From Welwitschia mirabilis (lineage: Eukaryota), in the NCBI GenBank assembly GCA_051453625.1, contig JBOZIK010000001.1:5874382-5938381 (forward strand): 64,000 nucleotides of DNA, in the 5' to 3' direction. The translations under genes and the position numbers were made by a program. This document shows positions 10,747 to 24,660 of the stretch, one piece after another; within the stretch, counting starts at the first letter, position 1, and each line of letters starts with the position of its first letter. Under the pieces are notes generated by a model that made no database searches, was not told where the DNA came from, and saw nothing but the letters and a program-made list of their open reading frames with translations.

Positions 10747-13742
10747 ATGATTTTATTCTAGAATTGTAGAGGAATAGAAAGCATCCATTATATTTTCCAT
10801 TTACGGTCCATTATTATGAAAATAAAAATAGAAATATGTCTTTTATAGGAAACAAAAATGAATGAGGAAAAGCTCTAAAATTTTAATTCTAAAGGAAATT
10901 AACAAATAATATCTATTCTAGCAAGAGGAAACAAAGGAGGGCTAATGGTCATTTGGAGAAAATAAAAAGTTACTATAGTAAAGAAATTAGAGTAGCACAT
11001 CACAGTAGACTGGTAAAAAAATAAGGGAATATTATGAATAACAAATTTCTATGGTCTACAAACTTAGAAGCAAAGAATTAATTGTCTAAATAGAGTGGAA
11101 AACGATTTAAGCCAAAATTATATCATTATTGGAGACTCTAACCAAGTGTTGGGACTTCACAAAAAGAAGGAAGGTTCCTTATGTTATAACTAAGGTATGG
11201 AAGAATTTACAAAGTGGTTGCAGATACATAACCTTATACATATTCATGTTTATGGAGCCAAATACTCATGAAGTAATCTACATGTAGGTAGCAATAAAAT
11301 TTTCTCTCTAATTGATCATTGTCATATTACTCCTAATTTAATAAATTTCTTCAAGCTTGAATCTCTACCTTGATTTCATTCTAATCATAGACCACTATTT
11401 TTTCAGAATAATTCTACTATTCAAACAAGTAAATATTTAGATTTAAAGTGAGTTTATTGAATGAGCTAAATATATTAGATGTTATTAAATTAATTTGGCA
11501 AACTGAAATAATAGGCACTTCTTCTCATATTTTCAATAAAAAATTGGCTTTGTTAACACATAGCTTAAAATACATATGTAGAGATCTGCAAATAAAATTT
11601 AAAATCATTGAAAAATAAAAATAAGTCAAATTAATAGAGTCGCAAAATCAAAATGAGCATAGAGGAATCATTATCCCTAAAGAAAAACATCTTCTTACAA
11701 AACTTCATATTATGGAATTGAAAGAACAATTATACTGAAAACAAAGATCAAGAAACAAATGGCTAAGAGAGGGAGATAAGAATACTTGCTACTTTTTTCA
11801 AGTGGCCAAAAACCATAAAATATCTAATAAGATTCATCTACAACATCAAAGAAAAGCTAAAACACAACATGAAAGAAACAAGGAGTATGCACATCAATTT
11901 AAACAATATTTTTCTCAAATATTTGACTCAAAACTAGTTGATATTAAAGGAATTCCTATAGGATAAAAAATTTCTTGTGCTCATTAAAAATTAATGGAGG
12001 AACCATTCTCAGAGAAGGAGATTTGAAATGCAATTAAAGACATAAGAAATAATAAGGCCCTAAGCCTAGATGGATTTCTAGTGAAATTTTACAAATTTAT
12101 TAGAGTATTATCAAAAAATACTACATTGCTCTAGCTATTGAGATATTTCAAAAAGATAAGTACTTCATTCTAATGAAGGACACATTAATCTATCTTATTC
12201 CAAAAAAGAAAATTGTAGTTCAAGTTCAAGATTACAGGCTAATAATTTTATGTAATATTTCATATAAAATTATCTCTAAAATTAGGCAAAAGAATTGGCC
12301 ACCATTCTCCTAGATATTATCTCATCATCACAAGTAGTTTCATAAAATAAAGTTTTATACATAACAACATCTTATTAGCAAATGAAATTATTCAAGCAAA
12401 CTTTAAAGACAACTCTTATTCATATTATTCAATCTAAGGGGATTCACTAATAGATTTATTTCCTTTGTACAATTTACTTTTATAGCCATTCATTTTTTAA
12501 TAATTGTTAGTGGTAGAAGATTTGAGTACTTTCAGCCAAAAGCTGGCCTAAGACAAGGAGATCCCCTCTTCCCTCTTCTTTTTATTATGGTAATGAATAC
12601 TCTTATCCATTTAATCTAGAGAAAGTTAATTGAACCATCTCTAAGTATTCCAAGTACCCCTTTATTCCAATTTGCAGATGATATTTTATTATGCTTGGAT
12701 TTGAATGTATTGACTGCACACAAAGTTAAAAACACTCTCTTACAATTATCCTCTAGAACAAGTCTATCAATTAATTGGAAGAAATCTAAAGTATTTTTTT
12801 GTTAATTCTTCACAAACTAGAAGACAGAGAATTTTGTAGTTTTTAAACTACATTGAAGGAAAATTACTGGATAAATATCTAGGTGCACCATTCCTCTCTG
12901 ATTAGTCTCAAGCAAATTTATGAAAGAAAACTATCAAAAAGGTATGTAATAAAAAATTGAATTGGCAAAATCACTTTCTCAGTAGCGTAGGAAAGATTCT
13001 TCTAGCTAAAGTTTGCCTTATATCAATGCCCATACACTCAACCTCTTGCATGCTAATGCCCATAAAATTTTCAGAAACCATTAATAAGATTATTCAAAAC
13101 TTTGTGTGATTTGGAGTTAAAGGAAAACAATGTTTGCATCTTATTAAATTTCAAAAAATTACCATTCCCAAATTAGCAGATGGGTTGAGACTAAAAACTA
13201 TGGTTCTTAATCAGACAATGTTCACCAAAATGGCTAGCAAGTATTATCTTGAATTAGAAATTCCATGAATAAAGTTTTGCAGAGGAAAATGTGGTATAAA
13301 TTTATGGGAAGGATCACCAACGTAAAAAGCCATGTCGAAGACAACACTATAATTTTGGCTAGTCTTAACCAGTCAAAATTTTAGTATAGACAATGTGCCA
13401 ATGAAGAACAAAAGAATATCAGCAAAGAAAATAAATGAGGAACAATTTGAACATGATAAAAATAGGAAAAATATCTAGAAATTACATATCCTGAAAAAAG
13501 TTAAGGTATTTTCTTGACTTATTTTCACCAAAAAACTGCCCACAAATATTAAGCTTTAGCAAAAAGGCTTTAGAATTAACTGAGATTGATTCTTACATGA
13601 AGAAGAAAGAGAGGATATTAGTCATCTCTTTTTACATTATTCATTTACAACAAAGAGTTTTTAGAAGTTTTAAATATCACTGATTGATTCACTAAAAGAT
13701 TTTTTTTACATTAGACAAACAAAAAAGATTTAAACTGGCTTT
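10747..13742 (+). pseudogene. LINE ORF2 (APE endonuclease, RT, zf-RVT)
   Basis: MILF*NCRG; ETK; GGLMVIW; GDSN; SNHRP; KWLREGDKNT; KALSLDGF; DYRLIILCNISYKIISK; GLRQGDPLFPLLF; QFADD (~12670); KYLGAP; EDISHLF. Confidence 0.92.
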
Positions 13743-13842
13743 NNNNNNNNNNNNNNNNNNNNNNNNNNNNNNNNNNNNNNNNNNNNNNNNNNNNNNNNNN
13801 NNNNNNNNNNNNNNNNNNNNNNNNNNNNNNNNNNNNNNNNNN

Positions 13843-16310
13843 CTGCTATCATCAACATTATTCTCATTATTCCTTGTTATACTAAAAAGGAATTCCTTTT
13901 TTTTCTAGTGCCTCTTTTTGTGTTTAGAAATTTATTTGCTATATAACCAAATCCTTTACATGAGTAGCATTGGATTTCTTTATCTTTTTCTTGCTCCTTT
14001 CTGTATTTTAGATGGCTTCTTTTCAGATTTCTAATTAACTCATCTTTCTTTTCTTTATATGTAGAAACTTCCTGAATCTTATGACTAGGAGAGCCACTTT
14101 ATCATCATTCAAGTCCTCATCTGACCTTTTAGACTTGTATTCTTCCTGCATACAATTCAAGGTAATACTTTTCTTCTTATCTTTAAGAAATTTAAGTTCA
14201 TAGATCTGTAGATTACCTTCTAGTTATTCTATTACTATTTTATTTATGTTCTTATTATCCTCAATGGTCATGAATTTTGTTTCAAATCTCTTTGATAAAG
14301 ATCTTGATACCTTTCTAACTACTTTTCCTTCATTCAACCATTCTCTAAGACTTTCCATAGAGTTTATAATATCAGTGAGTTTTGTAAAGAACTCTTGCAA
14401 AGTCTTCTCCTTATTCATATGGATGTTTTTAGGTTTAGAAATTAACATTTAAAGTTTTACTTTCTTACAATTCCTTTGTCTTCTACCTCAAGAATATTCC
14501 AAGCCTCCTTTGCATAAATGCAATTTACTATACATTTAAAATCATCTGTATAGACTGCATAAAATATTACATTAAGAGCACGAGTACCTGTGATGACTTT
14601 GATTTTATCAGTGGTAGTCTATTGATGTCAAGATTTGGGAACTAAAGTGGTATTACAGTTAACATCCATTTTTGATAACATAGGAAGAAAATAACCCTCA
14701 TAGATAACTTCTTCTATATCAGTGTATAGGGATCTAAGAAAATTTTTCATTCTAGCTTTCTAGTATACATTGTTTGATCTATCAAACATGAGTGGATGAC
14801 TGGTGAAAAAACTATCAGATGGATTACTTATTGTAGGGTTCTAAAGTTTAGATTGGTTAAAATATAAAAAAATACTTAACTTAGCTCTGATACCAATTGA
14901 TAGAATCGAGAATCCTAAAGGAGGGATGAATAGATTCTTTTAAAAAATTAAACAAAATAAACTAAACAAACTCATGATATATTAAAAGCTTGCTAAAAAT
15001 AATTTGCTAATAAATTTATGCATGCAAAGAAAAGCTAAAAGTATTTAAAGTAACAAAACCAACTAAAAACATAAAATATAAAATAGATGCATGTAGGATC
15101 TATAGTAGTTTGGAAAACCCCATATTCCACTCTTGATGATCAACTTATTACTAAGCTTAATTTGGATCTTCATTATTCCTCCCAGTATTATAGGTTCACT
15201 TGTAACCTTTATGAATAAACTTTTCTAAGTTTAGTCTCAACCTTGAATAGACTTTTCTAGGCTTAGTATCAACCTTTAAATAAACTTTTTTAGGCTTAGT
15301 CTTAAACTTTAAATGTATTTTTTAAGGCTAAGTCTCAATCTTTCACAATGTAAGATAGTGAAGGAATATGTTAAGATTCATAGATATCACTCATTCTTTA
15401 GTACAATAGTTTTGATGGAGCTATTCTCCTATAGATAATATAAAAAATAAAGTACTAATTTGATATTAAATACACAGGTATAACAAATGATAGATCTTCC
15501 TTAGTCAGGATCATAAAGTTAAGATGCTACAGTAAAATATCCAGTATTAAGTCCTTTGGTCAAGATTCAAAAAATATTAAAAAAAGTTAATTTGATCATC
15601 TCTTTCTTGGCTATTTACATTGAAAGGCTTTTAGGGTTCATTACATTTAAAAATACACTTTCAATAACTATAAACAATTAGAAAATAACTATCTAGTGGA
15701 TACATAATGGATACAAATTAGATAGAAAATTTTAGTTCCATTCTGGCTGATTAATCCCTTAAAAGTTGAATTAATTTTGTCTAATGCTGTAACTTATACA
15801 AGTTGCCTAATTGAAGTTTTTTGTCGTCCTAGTTTCTTATAGCTCCACATCCAATTGACCTCTTAGGTCTAGTTAACTCCATCTGGTCACTTGTAATTCT
15901 GTCTGGTTAGTCACTAGTCTTGATAAAAGTTCATTTCAATTTCCTACATTAGGTCTAGTCAACCACTTTAGGTATCTCATTGAATCGATGATGATCGGCT
16001 CAGGGATAATAGCTACATAGTGCTCAAGTTCAGTCAATCCTTTAAAGGTTCTGTTAATCCCTTGACAATCAGTTTAGAAGTATTGCTCTTAGGCACATAA
16101 ATCTAGTTGACTTCATCATAGGTCTAGTCAATCCCTTATCATTTAGTTTAAGGATACTATTTTCAAGATCATAGGTCTGATTGATCCCATCAAAAATATG
16201 GTTAACCCCTCTAAATTTAGTTCATTTATGAGAGTATTTTTAAGGTGTAGTTAATCCCTTAAAAGTTTGGTCGACCCCTAAAAAGGATAAGTGAACTTAA
16301 TAGGTTTCTA
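13843..16310 (-). mobile_element. Sirevirus-like element, copy C: 5'-truncated LTR, PBS, gag
   Basis: Homologous to copies A and B. ORF EFFTKLTDIINSMESL...KVVRKVSRSLSKRFETK; PBS at 14895-14884; LTR from 14898 to about 16310. Confidence 0.88.
14884..14895 (-). promoter_or_regulatory. Primer-binding site (tRNA-iMet)
   Basis: Plus-strand gctctgatacca. Confidence 0.9.
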
Positions 16311-17385
16311 GTAATCTGATTTTGGCATTCATGGCTTTAGCATATATGAGCCTAATGTGATAGGCTTTATTTATACAAATAAGAATAGCTAATTATGGTA
16401 ATTCTAATAATAGAGATAAAATCAAGGGAGTATTACAAGAAAAATCTTATTAGAGATTTTTCTTGGTTTATTTAGTACATACTTAAAATAGGAAAATACT
16501 AAGTATAGAAGAACTATTATAAAACTTTTTAACATCATATTCTAATAGTCCCCTTCATGATGTCAATCTATTTTATTCCAAGGATATTTCTAAATGCAAT
16601 GAATTTGAATATTCCTAAAGATTTAGTAAAGATATCAGCAATTTCATCATCTATTCTACACTGCTATATGCTAATGAATTTTTGTTCGATCAATTCACAT
16701 ATATGGAAGTATTTGATTTCTATATGTTTGATTCTAGAATGCTGTACTGGATTCTATGCCATCGCTATTGCTGATGTATTATTATAATAAATGATATTTG
16801 GTAGTTTTTATGTAAATCCCATTTCAGTAAGAAGATTGAATATCCATATGAGTTGTCGACATGCATCTGAGGGTGCAATAAATTTTGCTTCAACTGATGA
16901 AAGTAAAATTGAGTTTTGCTTTTTACAACTCCATGATATTAAGAAATACTCAAAGAAAAAACAATGGCCTAAATTAGATTTTTTATCATCTTGACATCCT
17001 TCCCTGTTAGCATCAGTATATTTGTGAATCACATAATTCCCACTATTTTTATAATATTGTAAACCATAGCCTTGTGTACTTTTGACGTACCTAAGAACAT
17101 GTCTTGTTGCCTTCTAATAAGCTATTATTGTCTCTTGCATAAATCGAGACTAAAAACTGACACTAAATTGTATATCAAATTGAGTAATGACTAGATATAA
17201 TAAGCTTCCAATAAGTGACTTGTAAAGTCCTTCTTGAGCTTGATATTTTAAGGAAGTGGTGAGAATGCAGGATTACATTCTGTCATATTGAATTTTCTAA
17301 GTAGGTTCTTGGTAAACTTTGTTTGATGTAGATACATCCCATCTGAATGATTAGTGAGTTGAAATCTAATAAATATTGACATAAG
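16311..17385 (-). mobile_element. Copia 3' fragment: RT end, RNase H, PPT and start of 3' LTR
   Basis: YKSLIGSLLYL; LISWSCKKQNSILLSSVEAKF; NPVQHSRIKHIEIKY; IADIFTKSL; PPT GAAGGGGA at 16556-16549 followed by TATTAG at 16547. Confidence 0.88.
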
Positions 17386-18117
17386 CCTTTTCTAAGGGTG
17401 TTATCCTCCATGTCATCACCACGACATGAACAATGGATGAACTATCATATCCTTTTTCATTTACACAATGGTTAGGATAACATCTAAAATAACCGACTTA
17501 TTTTCATCCATTTCTTTAAGTGTGTTTTTTTAGTGAATTTTGAGTGATGGTTTCACCTTTGAAGTTGTATAAGTAAATCCCCTCTTTGACTCTCCTATTC
17601 ATCTTTACTTATACTAGACATTCTCATGATAGAAGATTGAAGGGCCAGAGATCTATCTCGAAAGTTGTAAAAAGATGTTCCCTTGGTGAAGGGTTGTACA
17701 TTCTTCATTGAGGCAGGTTGTACATTCTTCATTGAGGCTCATTTATTTTGTAACCCAAATGCTAGTTCTAATTTAATATAAAACTCTGTTTCATTCGTGT
17801 ATTTTAGTTCTATTATATTTTCCTTATGGTTTATGTTGTCCTTCATCCAGTGATAGTCTCATTGATGATATAGGTCTTAAGGGAAAGTAGTTTTAGATTC
17901 ATTTCTACATCTAAGTCTAGTTGCACTCATGTCATATTGCATCTTTAATTTTATGCATTGTTCCTGATTTTCAATTACCATATTCTCTAGAAATCAATTC
18001 TCATTCTTCTCTCATAAGTCTTCTGTGAGTTACAACATTTGGGTTACTTTTCTTCATACTAGAGTATGTGTTTTACAATATATATATATATATATATATA
18101 CATGCACCAAAACATCT

Positions 18118-18135
18118 TGGCACTATTACTGGGGA
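18118..18135 (+). promoter_or_regulatory. Decayed Athila-type primer-binding site (tRNA-Asp type)
   Basis: TGGCACTATTACTGGGGA differs from the canonical TGGCGCCGTTGCCGGGGA by five changes, all C>T or G>A. It lies 3 nt after the LTR end ...AAAACA. Confidence 0.8.
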
Positions 18136-21100
18136 AGGCTGCTAAGGAACATAAGGATTATTGTCATTCAGATGAGTAGATTAGATTTTCATTTGGTTAT
18201 TTATCTGTAGCAATGTTATATTTTTCACTTAGGACTCATAGGTTTTCTCTTTTTAGTTTTTGATTTTTCTCAATTAGTAATAATAGTTTGTCATCCTCTT
18301 TGTTGTCCCCATAACATTGAGAATGATGATACAAATCTTTTAGTCTACTTTCTATGTGTGAATTTTTCTTTCAGTCTTGATTTTAGTAGTAAAATAACCA
18401 TAATCTCCTCTATTGTCTTCATCACATAGTGGATGATAGCCTTAAATTTTAGTTTTCTATTTTTATATTACAACAATTGTTAGTTTAGTAATAATTAGTT
18501 TTTCTCATTCCTATGGTCAAAAGGATGATAGTCTCTGTGTATATTTTTAGCTTTTAGATTTCTACGTACATTTTTATTTTTTGTTTCTACTTTTTGATTT
18601 TGTTGTTCTCTCTATCATCCTCATGATAGATGAATGAATGTTAGTTATTTTTAATTTTGTTTTCTATTGTTTTTTATTTGAAGGAGGTAATGATATAGTC
18701 AATTCAAGAAGGAAAATTAGAAAAAAGAGATCTAATATAAGAAACACATTAGAGAAGGATTGGTTAACCTCAAATTGAAGTTAGGAATACAATCCCCAAG
18801 TGTGTACAATATCATTTTGAGTTTATTTTTCTTTGAATCCAATTCCATGAAAAAATTTTTTTCTTAGAAGATGATAGCCATTGTACATTTGTTTTTGAGT
18901 GTTAAGGATCTAGAAAATTTTTGATAAAAAAATAAAAAATCAAAGAAAGTAGAGCTTGATCCTCACTATATACTTATCTTCATCTTGAATTAGATTCTCT
19001 TATTCCATTCTTCTCAATTACTTTAATAACTAGTGATAAAAGAATCCTTGGCAAATTCTTACTAAATAAAGGAGAACATTAAAAAATTTTAAGAATAACA
19101 ATGAGAAAATACTTTAAGAGATTTTTTCAAAAAGAGAAAAAACAACATAAAATGGTAGGAATTGGAATCCTTCCTCTTTTTAACCTTCTTATTTTTCCCC
19201 CTCTTCATTTCAAACTTCATATAGAAATGACAATGAAAATTTTTCACATTTTAGGAATTCCACCTCATTTAAACAAACTTCTTGTAATAATTTTTTATCA
19301 ATCCCATCCATATCCCATTAATTAATATGACAAATAACCATATTCCATGAACTACTATGAGAAAGAAGATGATTCAATAAAAGGAATAATTGATGAAATA
19401 ATAAAGAGACAAGAAAATACCAATAAAAACCTAGAAAATTTGGTTAAAATATTACAACAGATACTATTACAAAATTAAGATTATCTTATTATACAACATC
19501 CTCAAATCTATCCTACTTCATCCTACCTTGAGGAAATGAAGAAAACTTAGGAAAAAATGATAAAAATTCTTTCTTTGAAATAGAAGATGAAATTTTAAAT
19601 AAAACTTCAACATCCTACTCATTAGGAGATGAGAAAAGGGGAGATAATAATAATTCAACTCAATCTTTTGATAATATGGATGAGGATGACCATTTATTAG
19701 ATGATGATATTAAGGTATTTAGTTATGTCTCTGTGATCCATTCACTACTAGATAATCTAGATGATGAATCCACTTATGGAAGATCTAAAAATTTTTAATC
19801 TATAATAGACATGATGATCGGATTTTTTCTTCTAATGAATTTAACAAATTAAAAAATAATAACATGTAATAAGATGATGAAAATGACGAATAAGATGATG
19901 ATGATGATGATATTGAAATATTAGATCATATCCTTGATTTTTACTTACTTTGTGATGAGTATGAAAGATTTTAATCTTTAAAAAAAATTTAACTTATGAG
20001 AATAAGGGAGAATTTAAGTGATGAAATAAAATCAATGAGAAATTTACATCATAGAGGAATTTATCCACTATTGTTGTTTAGATGATAGTTTAAGATGAAA
20101 GTCAATAATAACAACTCAATAACTAAAAATGAGGAATGCAGTTTAGACTTAACAGAATTATTCAACAAAAAGGAAGAAGAGTAAACTCAAGAAATATCAA
20201 AATACCTTTCATCACATAATAAAGACAATGATAAATTTCCTTTCCATAATCTTTTTAATGGTCCTTTTCATGAATCCACCAACTTAGAAAAGAAAAATAA
20301 TCCTCAACAAAATAAAAAAGAAGAGCAAGACCTAATCAATGATATCNNNNNNNNNNTGAGAGGAATAAATAAGAATCAATTGAAAATTAAATAAACTTAA
20401 TAGAGTATATACTTATAAATTTAAATGAAAAATAACAAACTTAAAGAGTCTCTACATGTTTTTCCATCTCTTTCACTTGTACTTCCATGCAAAACCTCAA
20501 ACAACATCCCTCCTTCTACTTCTACTTCTACATTATCTTGTGATCTTAATAATGATAACCTCTCTCCGTTTATCCTGTTTGAACATTTAAGTAATTCTTT
20601 AAGTCACATCCCTCTTCTTGAATTTAATGAAATGCATCACCTTGAGGAGTCTACTCCAAAAATCTCTTAAACATTTGTCTTTTAAAACTTCATGTGCTAT
20701 AAAAAGTAACATCTTTTCCTCTTTTGCAAATTTAACTCTACCTTGTGCTTGTAATGATTATCCTTTTTAAAAAAAAGACTTGGAATAGGTAAATCATATC
20801 TTCTTGATTCAAATCCATGCTTAGACTTAAATTTTAAAAAGCTTCTTAGGTACTTTAAACCTATCTTAATCACTTAATCAATGGAGTTTCTTTCAAATCG
20901 TTGGATCTCAAATTATACCATTAATGCCTCCCATGCTCAAAATCAAGCTTTGAATGCAATTTATGTTTTAAATCCTTTATATTATGAATTTAATAAGAGA
21001 TTATTTTTCCATGAGTTATATGAATTTTTTATCTCTTATATTATTGCTAAATCTTATAAAGATAAAATGTCATGTGATTATGATAAATGAAAAAAGTTTT

Positions 21101-23413
21101 ATTTCTATAATGAAAATCTATGTCTTGAATCAAATAATAGAAAACTTCTTAATCTTACTAGGAATTCTAAAGAGTCCTCAAGATCTTCTTGCATGCTTTT
21201 TTTGAGTATCTGCTCGCATGTATTTTATAATGATGATTATTATTCACAATGTTTTCATAAGAGATTATTTATCGATAACACTTATCACTTCTTTACCTCT
21301 TATTTGAATTTTTAAATTTGTGCTATCAAAGTTTTATCATTCTATTCTTTCTTCCTCCAATTGATTATTATTATACACCTTTATGTTTTATCAATGGTGA
21401 ATATCTGGTTTCAGCCTTATTTTTTTGAAATATTGCAATATCCTAAGATTATGGCCCTCAAACAATCTTTCTTTCTTTTCAATAAAATTATTAAAAAGAT
21501 TTTAAGATTTGAATAAAATTTATTTTTATTTTGCTTTGGTATTTGCTTTTGGTTTCATGATTGTTATGCTTTTTTGTTTTTTATCTTTATTTTAAGTAAT
21601 AAATTAATCTCTAGATGTTTAGGTCCTTACCTTATTAAGAAAGTACATTTTAAATAGATCTATTAAAATTTCTAACTTAACCATTAAAGAAATTTAGAAA
21701 GTTAATGGACAAAGGTTGAAAATATATGAGTAACCTTCTAATGTCAACATGATAGAAGCGCTAGCCTTATAGGTTCCCATTGATGAGGAGAGCTTATTAC
21801 CTATCATTGCCTAAATTTTATCTTAACTTATTCCTTTGGAGGCCATTATGATATCACTTGATCATCTTTCAAATATGACTTATGTATTTATTTCATTTTC
21901 ATAACTTATCTTTGACTTAGGATTTTTATAATGGTAAAATTAGATTCACCCAATCTTAAGACATTTATACAACTATTAACTTCATTTTTAAAGGGAGATG
22001 CTTTATTTTTAATGTTTTTCTTAATGATGAAAAGGTATTAAATTATTTAATGATGTTATTTTCTATCTTTTATCTTATTACTTCACCTTCAACTCCTGAG
22101 GAATTTGATCATGTGGAATGTTCTTATATTATGAATTAAAAAAAAAATAAAGAAAGAAATAAAAGAAGTAAAATAAAATGATGATGTTTTATCATAAGTA
22201 CACTAGGGCAAATTTTCCTAACAGGAGCCTTTTGCAATGTAATATGGTAGCTGTGGAAACTTCACTGGGATGTTAGTTGGTTATGCTTCATGGGTTCTTA
22301 CTTCTCTAAATGTGGTTGTAGTCTTTTCATTATGGATAATAAAATAATAAAAACTTTGAGGCTATGGGATTAATGATATATCTGATATCATCAGAGGCAT
22401 TGTTTATTTTCTAGACTATTAGACTTTCTACATGATTATTTCATTTCTAAGGATTTAAATGTTTGTTTTAACATATAAGTAGGTGAGTTCGTTTTTGAGC
22501 AATTATTTGATCTTATCACTTATTATTTAGATCATTTTATTTTTAGAATCGTCATAACCACTGCCTTATTGAATGGAATTTTACATCTTTATACATTTAG
22601 TCATGCATTTTTAAATCAAGTGATGTTATGATTTCTTCTATGGAAATTTGCTAAGTTAAAATTTAGGGTAGATAAGCTATCTTATTTATGTTTCTTATGT
22701 CCATTATTTTTATTTTTTTCATTATCCAATTGGTTATTGCAAAGATATTTTGGTATTTTTTTTATCATGTTAGAACCTTAACATTTAATGATTTCCTTGT
22801 CAAGTTTTTAATAAAGGGTTAATTTCTTGTCTAGATGACTTTCTTTATAAATTTATGATGATAAATTTTAGTCTTTTGGAGTTTTAAATAATGTTCATAA
22901 TTATTTTTGTCAAGGAACATTTATTGGATACTTATGGATCTACTTCATCCTAGTTAGCATATTTTCATTATCTGCTCCTTTCAAGATTATTAGAATATTC
23001 ACCGCTTCTTTATTTTTCAAATCTAAGATCTCTACACTAAACTTTGTACTTAATTCATCAATTGTTCAAATTTGAAAAATACTCATCATCCACCTTCTCA
23101 TTTCCACTTAATGTATTTGCTTCATCAGCTAATATAGGATGTATTATTTTTCATGAGGAAGAATAAGACTCATTTTTAGGACCCATTTTTATAATTTTTG
23201 GGTTATTTCATAGCTTTCATAAGAAATAATTTTTTTACAATTTTCACTTCATATACATGATGCATTACATGTTATTTTACATGTAATATGCTTGAAATTA
23301 TTTATGTTTCTTTTTTTTAATTTTCAAATCAAATTTTTAATGTAATTTGACTTGTAATTATAGTTGTTTATTTAGTATTTATCAAGGATTGACAAAGGCT
23401 AAGTGAGGGGCTA

Positions 23414-24660
23414 TGATATGTTACTAAATTGTACATATTTGATGGGGTGTTATGAGCTAATTTATAGGACACTTATATAGGTTTATATGCAATTCTGAAG
23501 ATTATGGAGAGCTAAAGAATGATTACTAAAATACACAATTCTTAACATATTCAAAGGGCTTTTAGGAACTTTCTGATGTTCAATGCTTTGGAAGAAGATC
23601 AATGATCTAAAAGGTAGACTTTTCTTTGATTGAAATGATAAGGAGGGCTATCATTCCCTCTATCATTCCAACATATATAGGATGATAACCATTTACAAGC
23701 CAAATTAGATGCTAACATGGACTAGAGCTTTAAACAATGGAGACCACTTTTGTTAAGATGTCATCCCCCATGCTATCCCCATGACATGCAAGATGACAAT
23801 TCATAATTCATGTATCATTATTTTCTTCGTCATCCCCACAAAAGTTAGAATGACACTTGAAATGGCTATCTGACCTTCATTTGTTTCATCTATTTCTTTA
23901 CTTGATTTGAGCATGTTTTTTAATGCACTTTGTGTGATGGTTTTGTCTATTTGCCCTATGAATAAATCCATCCTTTGACTCTCTTATCCATATTCAATGC
24001 ACTAAACATTCTCGTGATAGGAGAATGAAGGGAGGGAGATTCATCTTGTGAGTTATAAAGAGACACTTCCTTGGTGAAGGGCTATTTTTCCTCCATTAAG
24101 ACTCAGCTATTTTATAACCTAAATGCTAATTTAATTCTTAATATAAAACTATATTTCTCTTTTATACATTTATACTATTAATTTCCCTTGTGATTTATGT
24201 TATTATTGATTCTGTGACAGTTTCATTAATGATATAAGTCTTAAGGGCAACCTTTATTAAGATTGATAAAAGTAGTTTTTCTTATGATTTATGTTGTTAT
24301 TTATTTGGTGATAGCCTCATTGATGATATAGGTCTTAAGGGTAGCCTTCATTAATGTTAATAAAACTAGTTTAAAATCATTTTTGCATTAGATTTATTCA
24401 ACTCACTTGATAGCCTAAGTTAGTCTTAGTTAATGAGAATCTACCTGGATGATTTATGTTATACAAGGCTAATCTTCCCAACAAGTTAATTCAGTAATCG
24501 AATAAGTTGCATTTGCATGGCATTGCATATATATTTTTTTGCATTGTTCCTAAGTTTTTAATACCATATTCTGTTGGAATCAATTCTTCTTCTTCTCTCA
24601 CACACCTTCAATGGGTTTACAACATTTGAGATACTAAAGTATTATATTTTGTAATATATA
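23414..24660 (+). repeat. 3' LTR of Athila-like copy 1, with internal ~95 bp tandem duplication (about 24180-24372)
   Basis: Follows the PPT. Homologous to 17386-18114 and 34911-35930. Confidence 0.8.

Larger units (their letters stand above)
9443..13742 (+). mobile_element. Plant L1-type LINE, near full length, dead
   Basis: ORF1 and ORF2 domains occur in canonical order with many stops and frameshifts. The 3' end runs into an N gap. Confidence 0.93.
17386..24660 (+). mobile_element. Non-autonomous Athila-like gypsy element, copy 1, with both LTRs (5' LTR truncated)
   Basis: 17386-18114 matches about 23750-24660. Decayed PBS at 18118; gag traces at 18700-19070; integrase GPY/F tail near 21600-21730; PPT AAGTGAGGGG at 23401-23410; LTR start TGAT at 23414. 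No RT or RH motifs seen. Confidence 0.8.

Noticed and set aside
17691..17738. 24-bp tandem duplication ggttgtacattcttcattgaggc
   Set aside because: A private slippage event in one LTR copy; absent from sister LTRs and with no sign of function.
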